Assembly (NCBI GenBank): GCA_023262245.1
Contig: JALRDC010000117.1
Coordinates: forward strand, 1 to 49,822
From: Flavobacteriaceae bacterium
Lineage (GTDB): Bacteria; Bacteroidota; Bacteroidia; Flavobacteriales; Flavobacteriaceae
DNA length: 49,822 nt
Direction: 5' to 3'
Shown here: positions 19,072 through 28,196 of the stretch, piece after piece
How positions within the stretch are numbered: position 1 is the first letter of the stretch
Layout of the letters: each line of letters starts with the position of its first letter
Notes under the pieces: generated by a model
What the model was told of the DNA's origin: nothing
Database searches by the model: none
The model's input: the letters and a program-made list of their open reading frames with translations, nothing else
Program-made: the position numbers and the translations under genes

Positions 19072-19493
19072 ATTTCTTTCCCGTTTAAAATGACTTTGTG
19101 ATTAATTTGTGCTGTAGGTTCTAAGGTTTTTGAAACCGAGCAATATTTGTCAAATGACAATTGAGCGGCGCGTTTTGCCTTTTCAGCTGAAAAATCTCCT
19201 TCCAGATAAATTGTGATATCTATTTGGTAAAACAAGGCTGGAACTTCATCTTCATGTCGATGTCCTTGCACTTCCATTTTCAGTACTTTGGGGTTTATTT
19301 TTTGTTTGTTTAGTATGGCAACAATATCAATGCTACTGCAACCTGCAACTCCCATCAACAACAATTCCATAGGGCTTACTCCCTGAACTTCGCCTGTTGT
19401 TTTGGATCGGTTGTCCAAACGGACGCTCATTCCATTTTGATTGGTCACTTCAAAAAGGTAGTCTTCATTAATTCGTTCAAGTGAAACTTGCAT
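19068..19493 (-). CDS. OsmC/Ohr-family protein
   Basis: 141 aa with two conserved-looking cysteines, in GVAGCSSID and DKYCSVSKT, as in the OsmC fold. Its stop overlaps the downstream start (ATGA). Confidence 0.7.
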   Translation of the reverse strand: MQVSLERINEDYLFEVTNQNGMSVRLDNRSKTTGEVQGVSPMELLLMGVAGCSSIDIVAILNKQKINPKVLKMEVQGHRHEDEVPALFYQIDITIYLEGDFSAEKAKRAAQLSFDKYCSVSKTLEPTAQINHKVILNGKEI

Positions 19494-19511
19494 AATTTTT
19501 AGTTTTTGGGT

Positions 19512-20471
19512 TTAAAATATTTTAGATAAGATTCGCGCCATATCATCATTTTCAATTAGAAAAGCGTCGTGTCCATGAAGCGAACTTAGCTCATGGTAAT
19601 AAATGTCATCCTTATGAGGCTTGCTCAATTCAAAGGTTTTTTGATCTTCTGCCGGAGTAAAAAATAAATCGCTATCTATAGCAATCAAATGAATTTTGGC
19701 ACTGATGCTTTTAATAATCTCTAAAGCACTTTTACCTCGACGTTCTATATTAATTGACGCTAACAAATGATTCATCATAATGTAAGCATCTAGCTGAAAA
19801 CGTTTGGCTAGTTTGTCACCGTGATAAATTAACCAGCTTTCAATATTATACCTGTTCTGTTCTTCATTTTTGGTTCTTCCAAAACGAGAATCGAAGGACT
19901 GAGGAGTTCTATAGGTAAGCATTGCATGAATACGTGCATCCTCTAAAGGTTGCTTAGAATTTTTAAGAATTCTTTTTTGTAAATACGTATTGGCCAATAT
20001 CCAATCATTTGCTTTCCAATCTGCAGCAACAGGGACTAAATATTTTGTGATATTGGGTGCTAAAGCAGCCATCTCCCAGGCTATTCCTCCACCAATAGAA
20101 CCTCCTATTAACGCATAGAGTTCCTCTATCCCTAATTCTTTTAGACCTTGAAGAAAAAGAGAAGCAATGTCTCCAGCATGAAAATCTTCTGGTTTAGAAA
20201 ATGTTTGCCCTAAAGTTCCATTTCCCGGGATATTAAACCCAATTACCGTATAGCGTAAAGTATCTATGGTTTTTGCAGGACCAATAATTTCATTCCACCA
20301 TCCATTTTTTCCAGTCAGTTGCGCATCCCCAGTTAAAGAATGATTAACCATCACCACAGGTGCTGTCCCAATTGTCAGTCCAAATTGCTGATAATGCAAA
20401 TCAATTGACGAATAGACAGCACCTGTATGCGTTTTAAAATTGTGAATCGAAATCGTTTTGATCTCTGTCAT
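19512..20471 (-). CDS. metX: homoserine O-acyltransferase (MetX-type alpha/beta hydrolase)
   Basis: 319 aa with the nucleophile elbow GGSIGG and a C-terminal HGHDAFL. It sits between metY and other met genes. Confidence 0.75.
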   Translation of the reverse strand: MTEIKTISIHNFKTHTGAVYSSIDLHYQQFGLTIGTAPVVMVNHSLTGDAQLTGKNGWWNEIIGPAKTIDTLRYTVIGFNIPGNGTLGQTFSKPEDFHAGDIASLFLQGLKELGIEELYALIGGSIGGGIAWEMAALAPNITKYLVPVAADWKANDWILANTYLQKRILKNSKQPLEDARIHAMLTYRTPQSFDSRFGRTKNEEQNRYNIESWLIYHGDKLAKRFQLDAYIMMNHLLASINIERRGKSALEIIKSISAKIHLIAIDSDLFFTPAEDQKTFELSKPHKDDIYYHELSSLHGHDAFLIENDDMARILSKIF

Positions 20472-20477
20472 CTCTAT

Positions 20478-21749
20478 TTAAATCTGGGCAAAGGCGTTTT
20501 CTAAATCCTCAATAAGATCTTTAATGTCTTCAAGTCCAACAGAAAGGCGAATCAAATCCTTTGTTACTCCAGTTGTTTTCTGTGCCTCGTCATCCAATTG
20601 TTGATGCGTTGTACTCGCTGGATGAATAATCAATGATTTAGTATCGCCAATATTGGCTAATAGAGAAAATAACTGGGTGTGATCTGCAACAATTTTTCCG
20701 GCTTCATACCCTTTTTTCAAACCAAATGTTACAATCCCACTTTGACCCTTAGGAAGGTATTGTTGAGCCAGGCTGTTGTACTTTGAGGTCTTGAGGCCAG
20801 GGTAATTTACCCAAGCTACTTCATCTCTCGTAGAAAGCCAAGCAGCGAGTTTTAATGCATTTTCAGAATGCTTCTTCATTCTTATTTCTAAGGTTTCAAT
20901 CCCTTGAATGCTTTGAAAACTGTTAAAAGGACTCGGAGCACTTCCCAAATCGCGAAGTCCTTCAATTCGAACCTTCGCAATAAAAGCAATGTTTCCTAAA
21001 GCTTCGTGATAATTTAAGCCGTGATAACTCGGATTGGGTTCTGTAAATTCTGGAAAATTTCCATTTCCCCAATCAAAAGTTCCAGCGTCTATGATAACCC
21101 CTCCTATGGAAGTTCCATTTCCTGTAAGATACTTAGTCAAAGAGTGGATTACGATATTAGCACCGTGTTCAATCGGATTTAATAAGGCTGGTGAAGCCAC
21201 TGTATTATCCACAACAAAAGGAACTTTTGCCTTTTTAGCAGCAGCAGAAATTGCTTTTAAATCAAGGACGTCCAATTTGGGATTTCCTAAAGATTCTGCG
21301 AAAAATAAACGGGTGTTTGGTGCAACCGCATTTGTAAATTCCTCTGGATTATCGGGATCGACAAAAGTGGTAGTAATACCAAAACGAGGTAAGGTATTGG
21401 CTAATAAATTGTAGGTTCCACCATACAAACTATTTGAAGCTACAATATGATCTCCTGTTTTTAAAATGACCATTAGGGTTGTAGCTATCGCCGCAGTTCC
21501 CGAGGCAGTAGCAACTGCTGCAACCCCGCCTTCCATTGCTGCTAGACGTTGTTCTAAAACATCATTTGTAGGGTTGTTTAGTCGGGTATAAATATATCCT
21601 GGTTCGGCTAAAGAAAATAAATTCGCCGCATGGTCTGAATTATTAAACACATAGGATGTGGTTTGATAAATGGGAACTGCTTGTGTTCCTTGTGTATTTT
21701 TAGCATCATGACCTGCATGTAATGCTTTTGTTGCTACTTGTGTACTCAT
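20478..21749 (-). CDS. metY: O-acetylhomoserine aminocarboxypropyltransferase (sulfhydrylase)
   Basis: 423 aa with the PLP-lysine motif [11 protein letters not shown] and the C-terminal [10 protein letters not shown]. Confidence 0.85.
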   Translation of the reverse strand: MSTQVATKALHAGHDAKNTQGTQAVPIYQTTSYVFNNSDHAANLFSLAEPGYIYTRLNNPTNDVLEQRLAAMEGGVAAVATASGTAAIATTLMVILKTGDHIVASNSLYGGTYNLLANTLPRFGITTTFVDPDNPEEFTNAVAPNTRLFFAESLGNPKLDVLDLKAISAAAKKAKVPFVVDNTVASPALLNPIEHGANIVIHSLTKYLTGNGTSIGGVIIDAGTFDWGNGNFPEFTEPNPSYHGLNYHEALGNIAFIAKVRIEGLRDLGSAPSPFNSFQSIQGIETLEIRMKKHSENALKLAAWLSTRDEVAWVNYPGLKTSKYNSLAQQYLPKGQSGIVTFGLKKGYEAGKIVADHTQLFSLLANIGDTKSLIIHPASTTHQQLDDEAQKTTGVTKDLIRLSVGLEDIKDLIEDLENAFAQI

Positions 21750-23002
21750 AATTGAAAGTGATTTTTGATAGTTTCTAAATAATCTAATTTTTCCCAGGTA
21801 AAAAGCTCAATTTCTTTTGAGATTTTTCCATTGTAAGGAGATTCGAATGTTTTTATAATTTTTTGAGGCTGGCGCCCCATATGCCCGTAAGATGCTGTTT
21901 CTAAATACATAGGATTTCGCAACTTAAGTCGCTGTTCGATTGCGTAAGGTTGCATATCAAAGATTTCAGCTGCTTTTTGAGCAATCGCTGCATCATCTAA
22001 AGCTACTTTAGCCGTTCCGTAAGTATTGATAAAAATGGAGGTAGGTTCTACCACCCCTATGGCATAACTCAACTGAACCAAGATTTCATCTGCAACTCCG
22101 GCAGCTACGAGATTTTTTGCCATATGGCGAGCCGCATAAGCCGCACTACGATCTACTTTGCTAGGGTCTTTTCCGCTGAAAGCACCTCCCCCGTGACCTC
22201 CTTTTCCACCGTAGGTATCCACGATAATTTTTCTTCCAGTCAATCCCGTATCGCCATGAGGCCCCCCGATGACAAACTTCCCTGTTGGATTTACATGATA
22301 AGTGATCTCCTCCCCAAAAAGTTTTTGTATTTCAGGGCTTGATTTAGCTACAACCCTGGGGATCAAGATGTTTTTTATATCGTTTTTTATCTGTTGCAAC
22401 ATCGCTTTTTCATCCGTATTAAAGTCGTCGTGTTGCGTAGAAACGACTATAGTGTCTATTCGCAAGGGTTTGTTGTGGTCATCGTATTCGATGGTAACTT
22501 GTGATTTAGCGTCGGGACGTAAATAGGTGATTTCTTTATTTTCTCTTCTTAGATCCGCAAGTTCAATCAATATCTTATGAGATAAATCAAGTGCTAAAGG
22601 AATATAAGTATCCGTCTCTTTGGTGGCGTATCCAAACATGATTCCTTGGTCTCCAGCACCTTGGGCTTCTTTTTCTTCACGATCTACTCCCCTATTGATG
22701 TCTTGAGATTGTTCGTGAATTAAAGAAATTACCCCACAGGAGTCCCCACTAAATTGATAAGCTCCTTGGGTATATCCAATTTTGTTGATGGTTTCTCTTG
22801 CTATGGATTGTACGTCTAGATAGGTAGCACTTTTTACTTCCCCTGCCAAAATGACTTGGCCCGTGGTAACCAGTGTTTCACAAGCTACTTTACTTTCTGG
22901 ATCAAAAGCTAAAAAATTATCAAGCAAGGCATCACTAATTTGATCTGCGATTTTATCTGGATGACCTTCGCTTACAGATTCTGAGGTAAAAAAATATGAC
23001 AT
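21746..23002 (-). CDS. metK: S-adenosylmethionine synthetase
   Basis: 418 aa with motifs [20 protein letters not shown] and GGGAFSGKD. Confidence 0.95.
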   Translation of the reverse strand: MSYFFTSESVSEGHPDKIADQISDALLDNFLAFDPESKVACETLVTTGQVILAGEVKSATYLDVQSIARETINKIGYTQGAYQFSGDSCGVISLIHEQSQDINRGVDREEKEAQGAGDQGIMFGYATKETDTYIPLALDLSHKILIELADLRRENKEITYLRPDAKSQVTIEYDDHNKPLRIDTIVVSTQHDDFNTDEKAMLQQIKNDIKNILIPRVVAKSSPEIQKLFGEEITYHVNPTGKFVIGGPHGDTGLTGRKIIVDTYGGKGGHGGGAFSGKDPSKVDRSAAYAARHMAKNLVAAGVADEILVQLSYAIGVVEPTSIFINTYGTAKVALDDAAIAQKAAEIFDMQPYAIEQRLKLRNPMYLETASYGHMGRQPQKIIKTFESPYNGKISKEIELFTWEKLDYLETIKNHFQL

Positions 23003-23053
23003 TTATAAGTTGCTTTTACGGAAGGATTCAAACGGTGCGTTTTGAAAAGCAAC

Positions 23054-23105
23054 ACTGCTTTAGCATTTTTTTTTCGAGGTTTGCAATCAGTCAAATCCTT
23101 CCTCG
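23054..23105 (-). promoter_or_regulatory. candidate SAM-II/SAM-V-class (H-type pseudoknot) riboswitch aptamer in the metK 5' leader
   Basis: The minus-strand RNA reads CGAGG-AAGGAUUUG-ACUGAUUGCA-AA-CCUCG-AAAAAAAAA-UGCUAAAGCAGU. CGAGG pairs with CCUCG (P1). The tail UGC-U-AA-AG-CAGU pairs with the loop ACUG-A-UU-GCA (P2a/P2b). L1 is U-rich and L3 is A-rich. The element is about 52 nt, lies just downstream of a promoter-like element and precedes a methionine/SAM operon. The class assignment rests on my memory of the consensus and is not a covariance-model hit. Confidence 0.5.
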
Positions 23106-23114
23106 TTTGTGGTA

Positions 23115-23144
23115 CAAAAATACAGCTTTTTTTCAATTTTCAAA
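23115..23144 (-). promoter_or_regulatory. Bacteroidetes-type promoter for the metK operon leader
   Basis: The minus strand reads TTTG (23144..23141), then 18 nt, then TATTTTTG (23122..23115). The -7 box ends 9 nt before the first P1 base of the candidate aptamer. Confidence 0.45.
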
Positions 23145-23272
23145 TTTTTGAATAGTAATTTAAAACAACTGATGAATGTTTTTAAAATTTCCTTTTAATG
23201 CCCGCTACTCTTTTATTGTTTAAAAAAAGAAGTTACTTTGCAGTTCCATAAACAAACTATTCAAATAGAATC

Positions 23273-23875
23273 ATGCATATTGCAATTGCAGGAAATATAG
23301 GAGCAGGTAAAACCAGTCTAACCGAACTTCTAGCAAAACATTACGGCTGGGAGGCGCATTTTGAAGATGTTATCGACAATCCTTATCTCGATGATTTTTA
23401 CAATCATATGGAGCGCTGGTCTTTTAATTTACAGATTTACTTCCTTAAAAGTCGTTTCCAGCAATTACTCAAAATTAAAAACGATAAAAAGACCATTGTT
23501 CAAGACCGCACCATTTATGAAGATGCGCACATATTTGCGCCCAACCTCAAAGCGATGGGGCTTATGAACCAGAGGGATTTTAAAAACTACCAAGAGCTTT
23601 TTGATTTGATGGAATCCCTCATCCAGGGACCCGATCTTTTAATCTATCTCCGTAGCAGTATTCCAAACTTGGTCAATAAAATCCACAAACGCGGGCGGGA
23701 ATACGAAAACTCGATCAGCATCGATTATCTGAGTCGTCTTAACGAACGCTATGAAGCCTGGACCTCAACTTATGACAAGGGGAAAATGGTGATTATTGAT
23801 GTCGATAATCTAGATTTTGTAGAAAAGAAAGAGGATCTGAACAGCATTATCTCTGAGATTGATAACGTATTATAA
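23273..23875 (+). CDS. deoxynucleoside kinase
   Basis: 200 aa with the P-loop IAGNIGAGKTSL, and DRTIYED and ERY-like motifs of the dNK/dCK/dGK family. Confidence 0.8.
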   Translation: MHIAIAGNIGAGKTSLTELLAKHYGWEAHFEDVIDNPYLDDFYNHMERWSFNLQIYFLKSRFQQLLKIKNDKKTIVQDRTIYEDAHIFAPNLKAMGLMNQRDFKNYQELFDLMESLIQGPDLLIYLRSSIPNLVNKIHKRGREYENSISIDYLSRLNERYEAWTSTYDKGKMVIIDVDNLDFVEKKEDLNSIISEIDNVL

Positions 23876-23901
23876 AATTTAAAGGATCCACATTTGATTC
23901 C

Positions 23902-23936
23902 AAAAAAAAAGAGGCTGTTTTACAGCCTCTTTTTTA
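23902..23936. terminator. bidirectional intrinsic terminator between convergent dNK and hppA
   Basis: The sequence is AAAAAAAAA-GAGGCTG-TTTTA-CAGCCTC-TTTTTT. It is a perfect GC-containing stem (8 bp if the flanking A-T pair is included), with an A-run on one side and a T-run on the other. Confidence 0.8.
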
Positions 23937-23951
23937 TATGAGTTTGTAAAC

Positions 23952-26258
23952 TTACTCTTTCGCTTCTGCTTCTATTGAAGTTTCACCTTCTTTTACCACA
24001 ACTTCAACAACCATTTCTTTGTTGCTCTCAGAAGTAACATTTACCGTATAAGTCTCTTCAGAAGCTTCCCCTTCCTCAGTAACCACTACTTCAACAAGGT
24101 TTGTTTCTGCTTTAGCATTTACATAGGCGGTAACCGCAGCTCCATCCATGGCAATACTTGGTGCGATCACCAAGGCTACTACAGACATTAACTTAAGTAA
24201 AATGTTTAATGAAGGTCCTGAAGTATCTTTAAAAGGATCTCCAACGGTATCTCCAACAACAGCGGCCTTGTGAGCATCAGTTCCTTTTTTACCTTGTTCT
24301 TCGATCATTTTCTTTGCATTTTCCCAGGCACCACCAGCATTGGACTGAAATATGGCCATCAAGACTCCACAAGTTGTTACTCCAGCGAGGAGGCCTCCGA
24401 GCATTTCTGCCCCACCAAAAAAGCCAACTCCTACGGGAACCACTATGGCTAATACACCGGGAAGTACCATTTCTTTAATCGAAGCCGTAGTAGAGATCGC
24501 CACACATTTGTCGTATTCTGCTACCCCATCAGCAGCATCAAAAATTTTACGGTCTGCTGCCGAAGCCTTAGACATATCTGAGTCGTATTTAATCATGACA
24601 TCCAGTGCTGCTCGTAATGCAGGAATGTCTCTAAACTGTCTTCGTACTTCTTCGATCATAGCCATGGCTGCTCTTCCTACTGCGTTCATTGACAAAGCAG
24701 AAAAAACAAATGGAAGCATTCCTCCTACCAAAAGTCCTGCCATGATTCTGGGTTGAGAAACATCAATCGCTGCTACTCCAGCTGTTTTCATAAAGGCAGC
24801 AAATAAAGCCAAAGCGGTTAATGCTGCCGAAGCAATTGCAAAACCTTTACCGATAGCTGCAGTAGTGTTTCCAACCGCATCTAGTTTGTCTGTACGTTCG
24901 CGTACTTCAGGCTCAAGCTCTGCCATTTCGGCAATTCCTCCTGCGTTATCTGAAATGGGTCCGTACGCATCAACTGCGAGCTGAATTCCTGTATTGGCAA
25001 GCATCCCAACGGCTGCTATCGCAATACCATATAAACCAGCAAAGTAATGAGAGATCAAAATCGCTGCCGCAATTAAGATAATAGGTACGGCAGTGGACAT
25101 CATCCCTACCCCTAAACCAGCAATGATATTGGTAGCTGCACCTGTTTCAGATTGTTCTACGATAGAAGTCACTGGCTTGGTTCCTGTACCTGTATAATAT
25201 TCGGTTACTTTTCCTACAGCTAACCCTGCTACAAGTCCAGCAATGGTAGCATAAAAAACTCCCATTGCTCCGAAGGGTAATCCCTCAACAGCTTCAGGTA
25301 GAAAAGCATTGATTAAAAAATAAGAAGCTACTAGCATTAAGCCCGCAGAACCAAATTCTCCTAGATTTAGTGCAGCGTGAGGGGAACCTCCTTCTTTAAC
25401 GCGAACAAAAAATGTTCCTATGATGGACATTACAATCCCTACAGCTGCTAAAGCTAAAGGTAAATATACCGCACCAAGACCATTAAAATCTGGAGTGATG
25501 ATTAAAGCACCCAAGACCATAGTACCAATAATAGACCCTACATAGGATTCAAAAAGGTCTGCTCCCATTCCGGCAACATCACCTACGTTATCCCCTACGT
25601 TATCTGCAATCGTTGCGGGGTTTAAAGGGTGGTCTTCAGGGATTCCCGCTTCAACTTTCCCTACAAGGTCTGCTCCTACATCAGCGGCTTTGGTATAAAT
25701 TCCACCACCCACTCGAGCAAATAGTGCTATGGAAGAGGCTCCTAAAGAGAACCCAGATAGCACATTTAAAACTTCAGAAATTTCCCATCCTTGCTCGCTG
25801 TATAGGGCAAACAGACCACTAAGTCCTAAAACTCCAAGACCTACAACACCAAGTCCCATAACAGCTCCTCCTGCAAAAGCTACTTCTAATGCTTTTCCTA
25901 AGGAGGTTCTCGCAGCATTGGTTGTTCTTACGTTGGCTTTAGTTGCGACACGCATCCCAATAAAACCTGCCAAGGCGGAACAAATTGCACCTACGATAAA
26001 GGATACGGCAACCATTCCGTTTGAACCTGCTTCTGCCTGTCCTTTGAAGAACAAGAGTATTGCTACGGCTATAACAAAAATGAATAAAATTTTGTATTCT
26101 GCCTTTAAGAAAGACATTGCCCCATCTGCTATGTTTTTAGCGATACGAGCCATTTTTTCATTTCCTACCTCTTGTTTAGAAACCCAACTGTTTTTGATAA
26201 AAACAAAGAGCAAAGCTAGTCCTCCAAATGCGGGTAAAAATTGTATAATAAATTCCAT
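23952..26258 (-). CDS. hppA: membrane-bound proton/sodium-translocating pyrophosphatase (K+-dependent type) with an extra acidic C-terminal tail
   Basis: 768 aa with motifs [26 protein letters not shown] and [24 protein letters not shown] has Ala rather than Lys at the K+-dependence position. The roughly 65-aa C-terminal extension is described in the findings. Confidence 0.9.
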   Translation of the reverse strand: MEFIIQFLPAFGGLALLFVFIKNSWVSKQEVGNEKMARIAKNIADGAMSFLKAEYKILFIFVIAVAILLFFKGQAEAGSNGMVAVSFIVGAICSALAGFIGMRVATKANVRTTNAARTSLGKALEVAFAGGAVMGLGVVGLGVLGLSGLFALYSEQGWEISEVLNVLSGFSLGASSIALFARVGGGIYTKAADVGADLVGKVEAGIPEDHPLNPATIADNVGDNVGDVAGMGADLFESYVGSIIGTMVLGALIITPDFNGLGAVYLPLALAAVGIVMSIIGTFFVRVKEGGSPHAALNLGEFGSAGLMLVASYFLINAFLPEAVEGLPFGAMGVFYATIAGLVAGLAVGKVTEYYTGTGTKPVTSIVEQSETGAATNIIAGLGVGMMSTAVPIILIAAAILISHYFAGLYGIAIAAVGMLANTGIQLAVDAYGPISDNAGGIAEMAELEPEVRERTDKLDAVGNTTAAIGKGFAIASAALTALALFAAFMKTAGVAAIDVSQPRIMAGLLVGGMLPFVFSALSMNAVGRAAMAMIEEVRRQFRDIPALRAALDVMIKYDSDMSKASAADRKIFDAADGVAEYDKCVAISTTASIKEMVLPGVLAIVVPVGVGFFGGAEMLGGLLAGVTTCGVLMAIFQSNAGGAWENAKKMIEEQGKKGTDAHKAAVVGDTVGDPFKDTSGPSLNILLKLMSVVALVIAPSIAMDGAAVTAYVNAKAETNLVEVVVTEEGEASEETYTVNVTSESNKEMVVEVVVKEGETSIEAEAKE

Positions 26259-26374
26259 GTTTATGTGTTGTTTGAAAGTGTGCGTAAAAATAGTAAAACA
26301 ATCTAGAATAAAAAATGAATTCTAGTAGGTTAAAACCATATGAAAAACTGCTTTTTCGAACGAGTTATTTAAAA

Positions 26375-27355
26375 TTAATTTCGGTAAAGGACTTTTTTAA
26401 CAGCCTTAATGACATCTTCTTGATTGGGCAACCATTCTTTTAATAAAACAGGAGAATAGGGTGCCGGAGTATCTGCGGTATTTATTTTTTCTATAGGTGC
26501 ATCCAAGTAATCAAAAATTTCATTTTGTACTTGATAAGTGATTTCGGTTGAAATATTACCAAATGGCCATGATTCTTCTAGTATTACTAAACGATTGGTT
26601 TTCTTAACTGATTCAAAAATGGTTTGATAATCCATAGGACGTATGGTTCTTAAATCAATAACCTCTACTTCGATTCCCTCCTTTGCGAGCGCCTCTGCGG
26701 CGGTTAATGCCTCTTTTAAAATTTTCCCAAAGCTAACCAAAGTAATGTCTTTTCCACTGCGTTTTATATCTGCAACTCCTATGGGCAGGGTATATTCTCC
26801 CTCGGGAACTTCCCCCTTGTCACCGTACATTTGTTCTGACTCCATAAATATGACAGGGTCGTCATCACGTATCGCAGACTTTAAAAGACCTTTAGCGTCA
26901 TAAGGATTTGAGGGTACGATTACCTTAAGTCCCGGACAATTTGCATACCAGCTTTCAAAAGCTTGAGAGTGTGTAGCTGCCAATTGCCCCGCAGAACCTG
27001 TTGGTCCCCTAAATACTATTGGACATGGAAACTGTCCTCCAGACATTTGTCTTATTTTTGCTGCATTATTGATGATTTGATCAATTCCAACCAAAGCAAA
27101 GTTAAAGGTCATGAATTCGATGATGGGACGGTTTCCTGTCATGGTAGATCCCACACCAATTCCAGAAAACCCAAGCTCCGATATCGGAGTATCAATTACC
27201 CGTTTTTCTCCAAACTCATCTAGCATTCCCTTCGATGCCTTATAAGCTCCATTGTATTCAGCGACTTCTTCGCCCATAAGATAGATAGTCTCATCTCTTC
27301 GCATTTCTTCACTCATCGCCTGAGCAATTGCTTCTCTAAATTGAATGGTTTTCAT
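26375..27355 (-). CDS. pdhB: pyruvate/2-oxoacid dehydrogenase E1 component, beta subunit
   Basis: 326 aa. The transketolase-like pyrimidine-binding and C-terminal domains are recognisable (GEEVAEYNGAYK, DTPISELGF, IRPMD). Confidence 0.85.
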   Translation of the reverse strand: MKTIQFREAIAQAMSEEMRRDETIYLMGEEVAEYNGAYKASKGMLDEFGEKRVIDTPISELGFSGIGVGSTMTGNRPIIEFMTFNFALVGIDQIINNAAKIRQMSGGQFPCPIVFRGPTGSAGQLAATHSQAFESWYANCPGLKVIVPSNPYDAKGLLKSAIRDDDPVIFMESEQMYGDKGEVPEGEYTLPIGVADIKRSGKDITLVSFGKILKEALTAAEALAKEGIEVEVIDLRTIRPMDYQTIFESVKKTNRLVILEESWPFGNISTEITYQVQNEIFDYLDAPIEKINTADTPAPYSPVLLKEWLPNQEDVIKAVKKVLYRN

Positions 27356-27492
27356 CGTTTAAATTACATTTGGGTGCAAATTTAATCATTAATTATCTAT
27401 TAACTCTACTCAATAAACAAGGAAAATATGCGTTTGTAATAAACTAGTGCCTCACAAAGCGGTATTTAAATTAAGTATATTAAATTGAAAAG

Positions 27493-28107
27493 ATGAAGCT
27501 AATAAAAATGTCAGTCAAAGGAATTTCCTACAGTGAAACCCAAACTGGGGCTTATGCGCTGATATTAATTGAAGAAGAGGGCGAAAGAAAACTTCCCATT
27601 ATCATAGGAGGCTTTGAAGCGCAATCCATTGCCATTGCTCTTGAGCAGGAAGTAAAGCCTACCCGTCCTTTGACACACGACTTATTTAAAAGTTTTGGAG
27701 AACGTTTTAATATCTACGTAAAACAAGTCATCATCCATAAACTTGTAGATGGAGTGTTTTATGCAAGTTTAATTTGTGAACGCGACAAGATTGAAGAAAT
27801 TATTGACTCACGAACTTCAGATGCCATTGCACTTGCACTTCGATATAAAGCGCCTATATATATTTACGATTCCATTCTAAAAAAAGCAGGTTTTACCGCA
27901 GCGGTTTCTGGGAGTTCAAAAAAGCTTTCTGAGGATAATTGGATTCAAAATTTTGTGACTGAACAGAGCAATAAAAGCGAGGAGATCGAAGATTTAAATA
28001 AACTTTCGATTCCCAAACTCAGGGCATTACTTACCAAACTAGTTAGTCAAGAGAGTTACGAAAAAGCTGCCCGTGTTCGTGACGAGCTTTCAAAGCGAAA
28101 AAGCTAA
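27493..28107 (+). CDS. bifunctional nuclease family protein (DUF151) with C-terminal UVR motif
   Basis: 204 aa. The N-terminal region is DUF151-like (LPIIIGGFEAQSIA, RPLTHDL). The C-terminal ESYEKAARVRDEL resembles the UvrB/UvrC UVR motif. Confidence 0.7.
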   Translation: MKLIKMSVKGISYSETQTGAYALILIEEEGERKLPIIIGGFEAQSIAIALEQEVKPTRPLTHDLFKSFGERFNIYVKQVIIHKLVDGVFYASLICERDKIEEIIDSRTSDAIALALRYKAPIYIYDSILKKAGFTAAVSGSSKKLSEDNWIQNFVTEQSNKSEEIEDLNKLSIPKLRALLTKLVSQESYEKAARVRDELSKRKS

Positions 28108-28174
28108 AGAACCTATTGTTAATTTTTTTTAATAACCTTTCTGATTTTCGGTTTTAAATTCTGAGAAATGCATC

Positions 28175-28182
28175 TACTTTTG
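28175..28182 (+). promoter_or_regulatory. -7 box (TACTTTTG) upstream of thyA
   Basis: Exact TAnnTTTG match 14 nt upstream of the thyA ATG. No clear -33 element seen. Confidence 0.35.
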
Positions 28183-28196
28183 ATTAAATTCATTTT

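Noticed and set aside
23003-23272. A SAM-I (S-box) riboswitch was expected upstream of metK.
   Set aside because: I could not find the SAM-I hallmarks on the minus strand (conserved GAGGGA and GCAACC strings, four-way junction with a kink-turn). The region fits a small H-type pseudoknot instead.
25729-26325. Long antisense ORFs in the track that are nested inside well-supported genes. Examples: 25729..26325 (198 aa), 24352..24756 and 25613..25822 opposite hppA; 21034..21414 opposite metY; 45301..45714 opposite the BNR gene; 38157..38543 opposite the bestrophin-like gene; 6537..6869 opposite DAHP synthase; 44059..44370 opposite the esterase-like gene; 3110..3301 opposite aspC.
   Set aside because: Each lies wholly within a gene that has clear family motifs on the other strand. 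Their translations are low-complexity (Pro/Ser/Thr/Ala- or Phe/Ser/Leu-rich) with no recognisable motifs. This is typical of shadow ORFs created by the codon bias of the real gene.
26303-26325. Hairpin CTAGAAT-N9-ATTCTAG between pdhB and hppA, and a nearby GAAAAAGCAGTTTTTC (26342..26357), considered as possible pdhB terminators or hppA leader structures.
   Set aside because: The stems are short and almost entirely A/U, with no proper U-tract (only AUUGUUUU follows on the minus strand). They are indistinguishable from chance palindromes in AT-rich spacer DNA.
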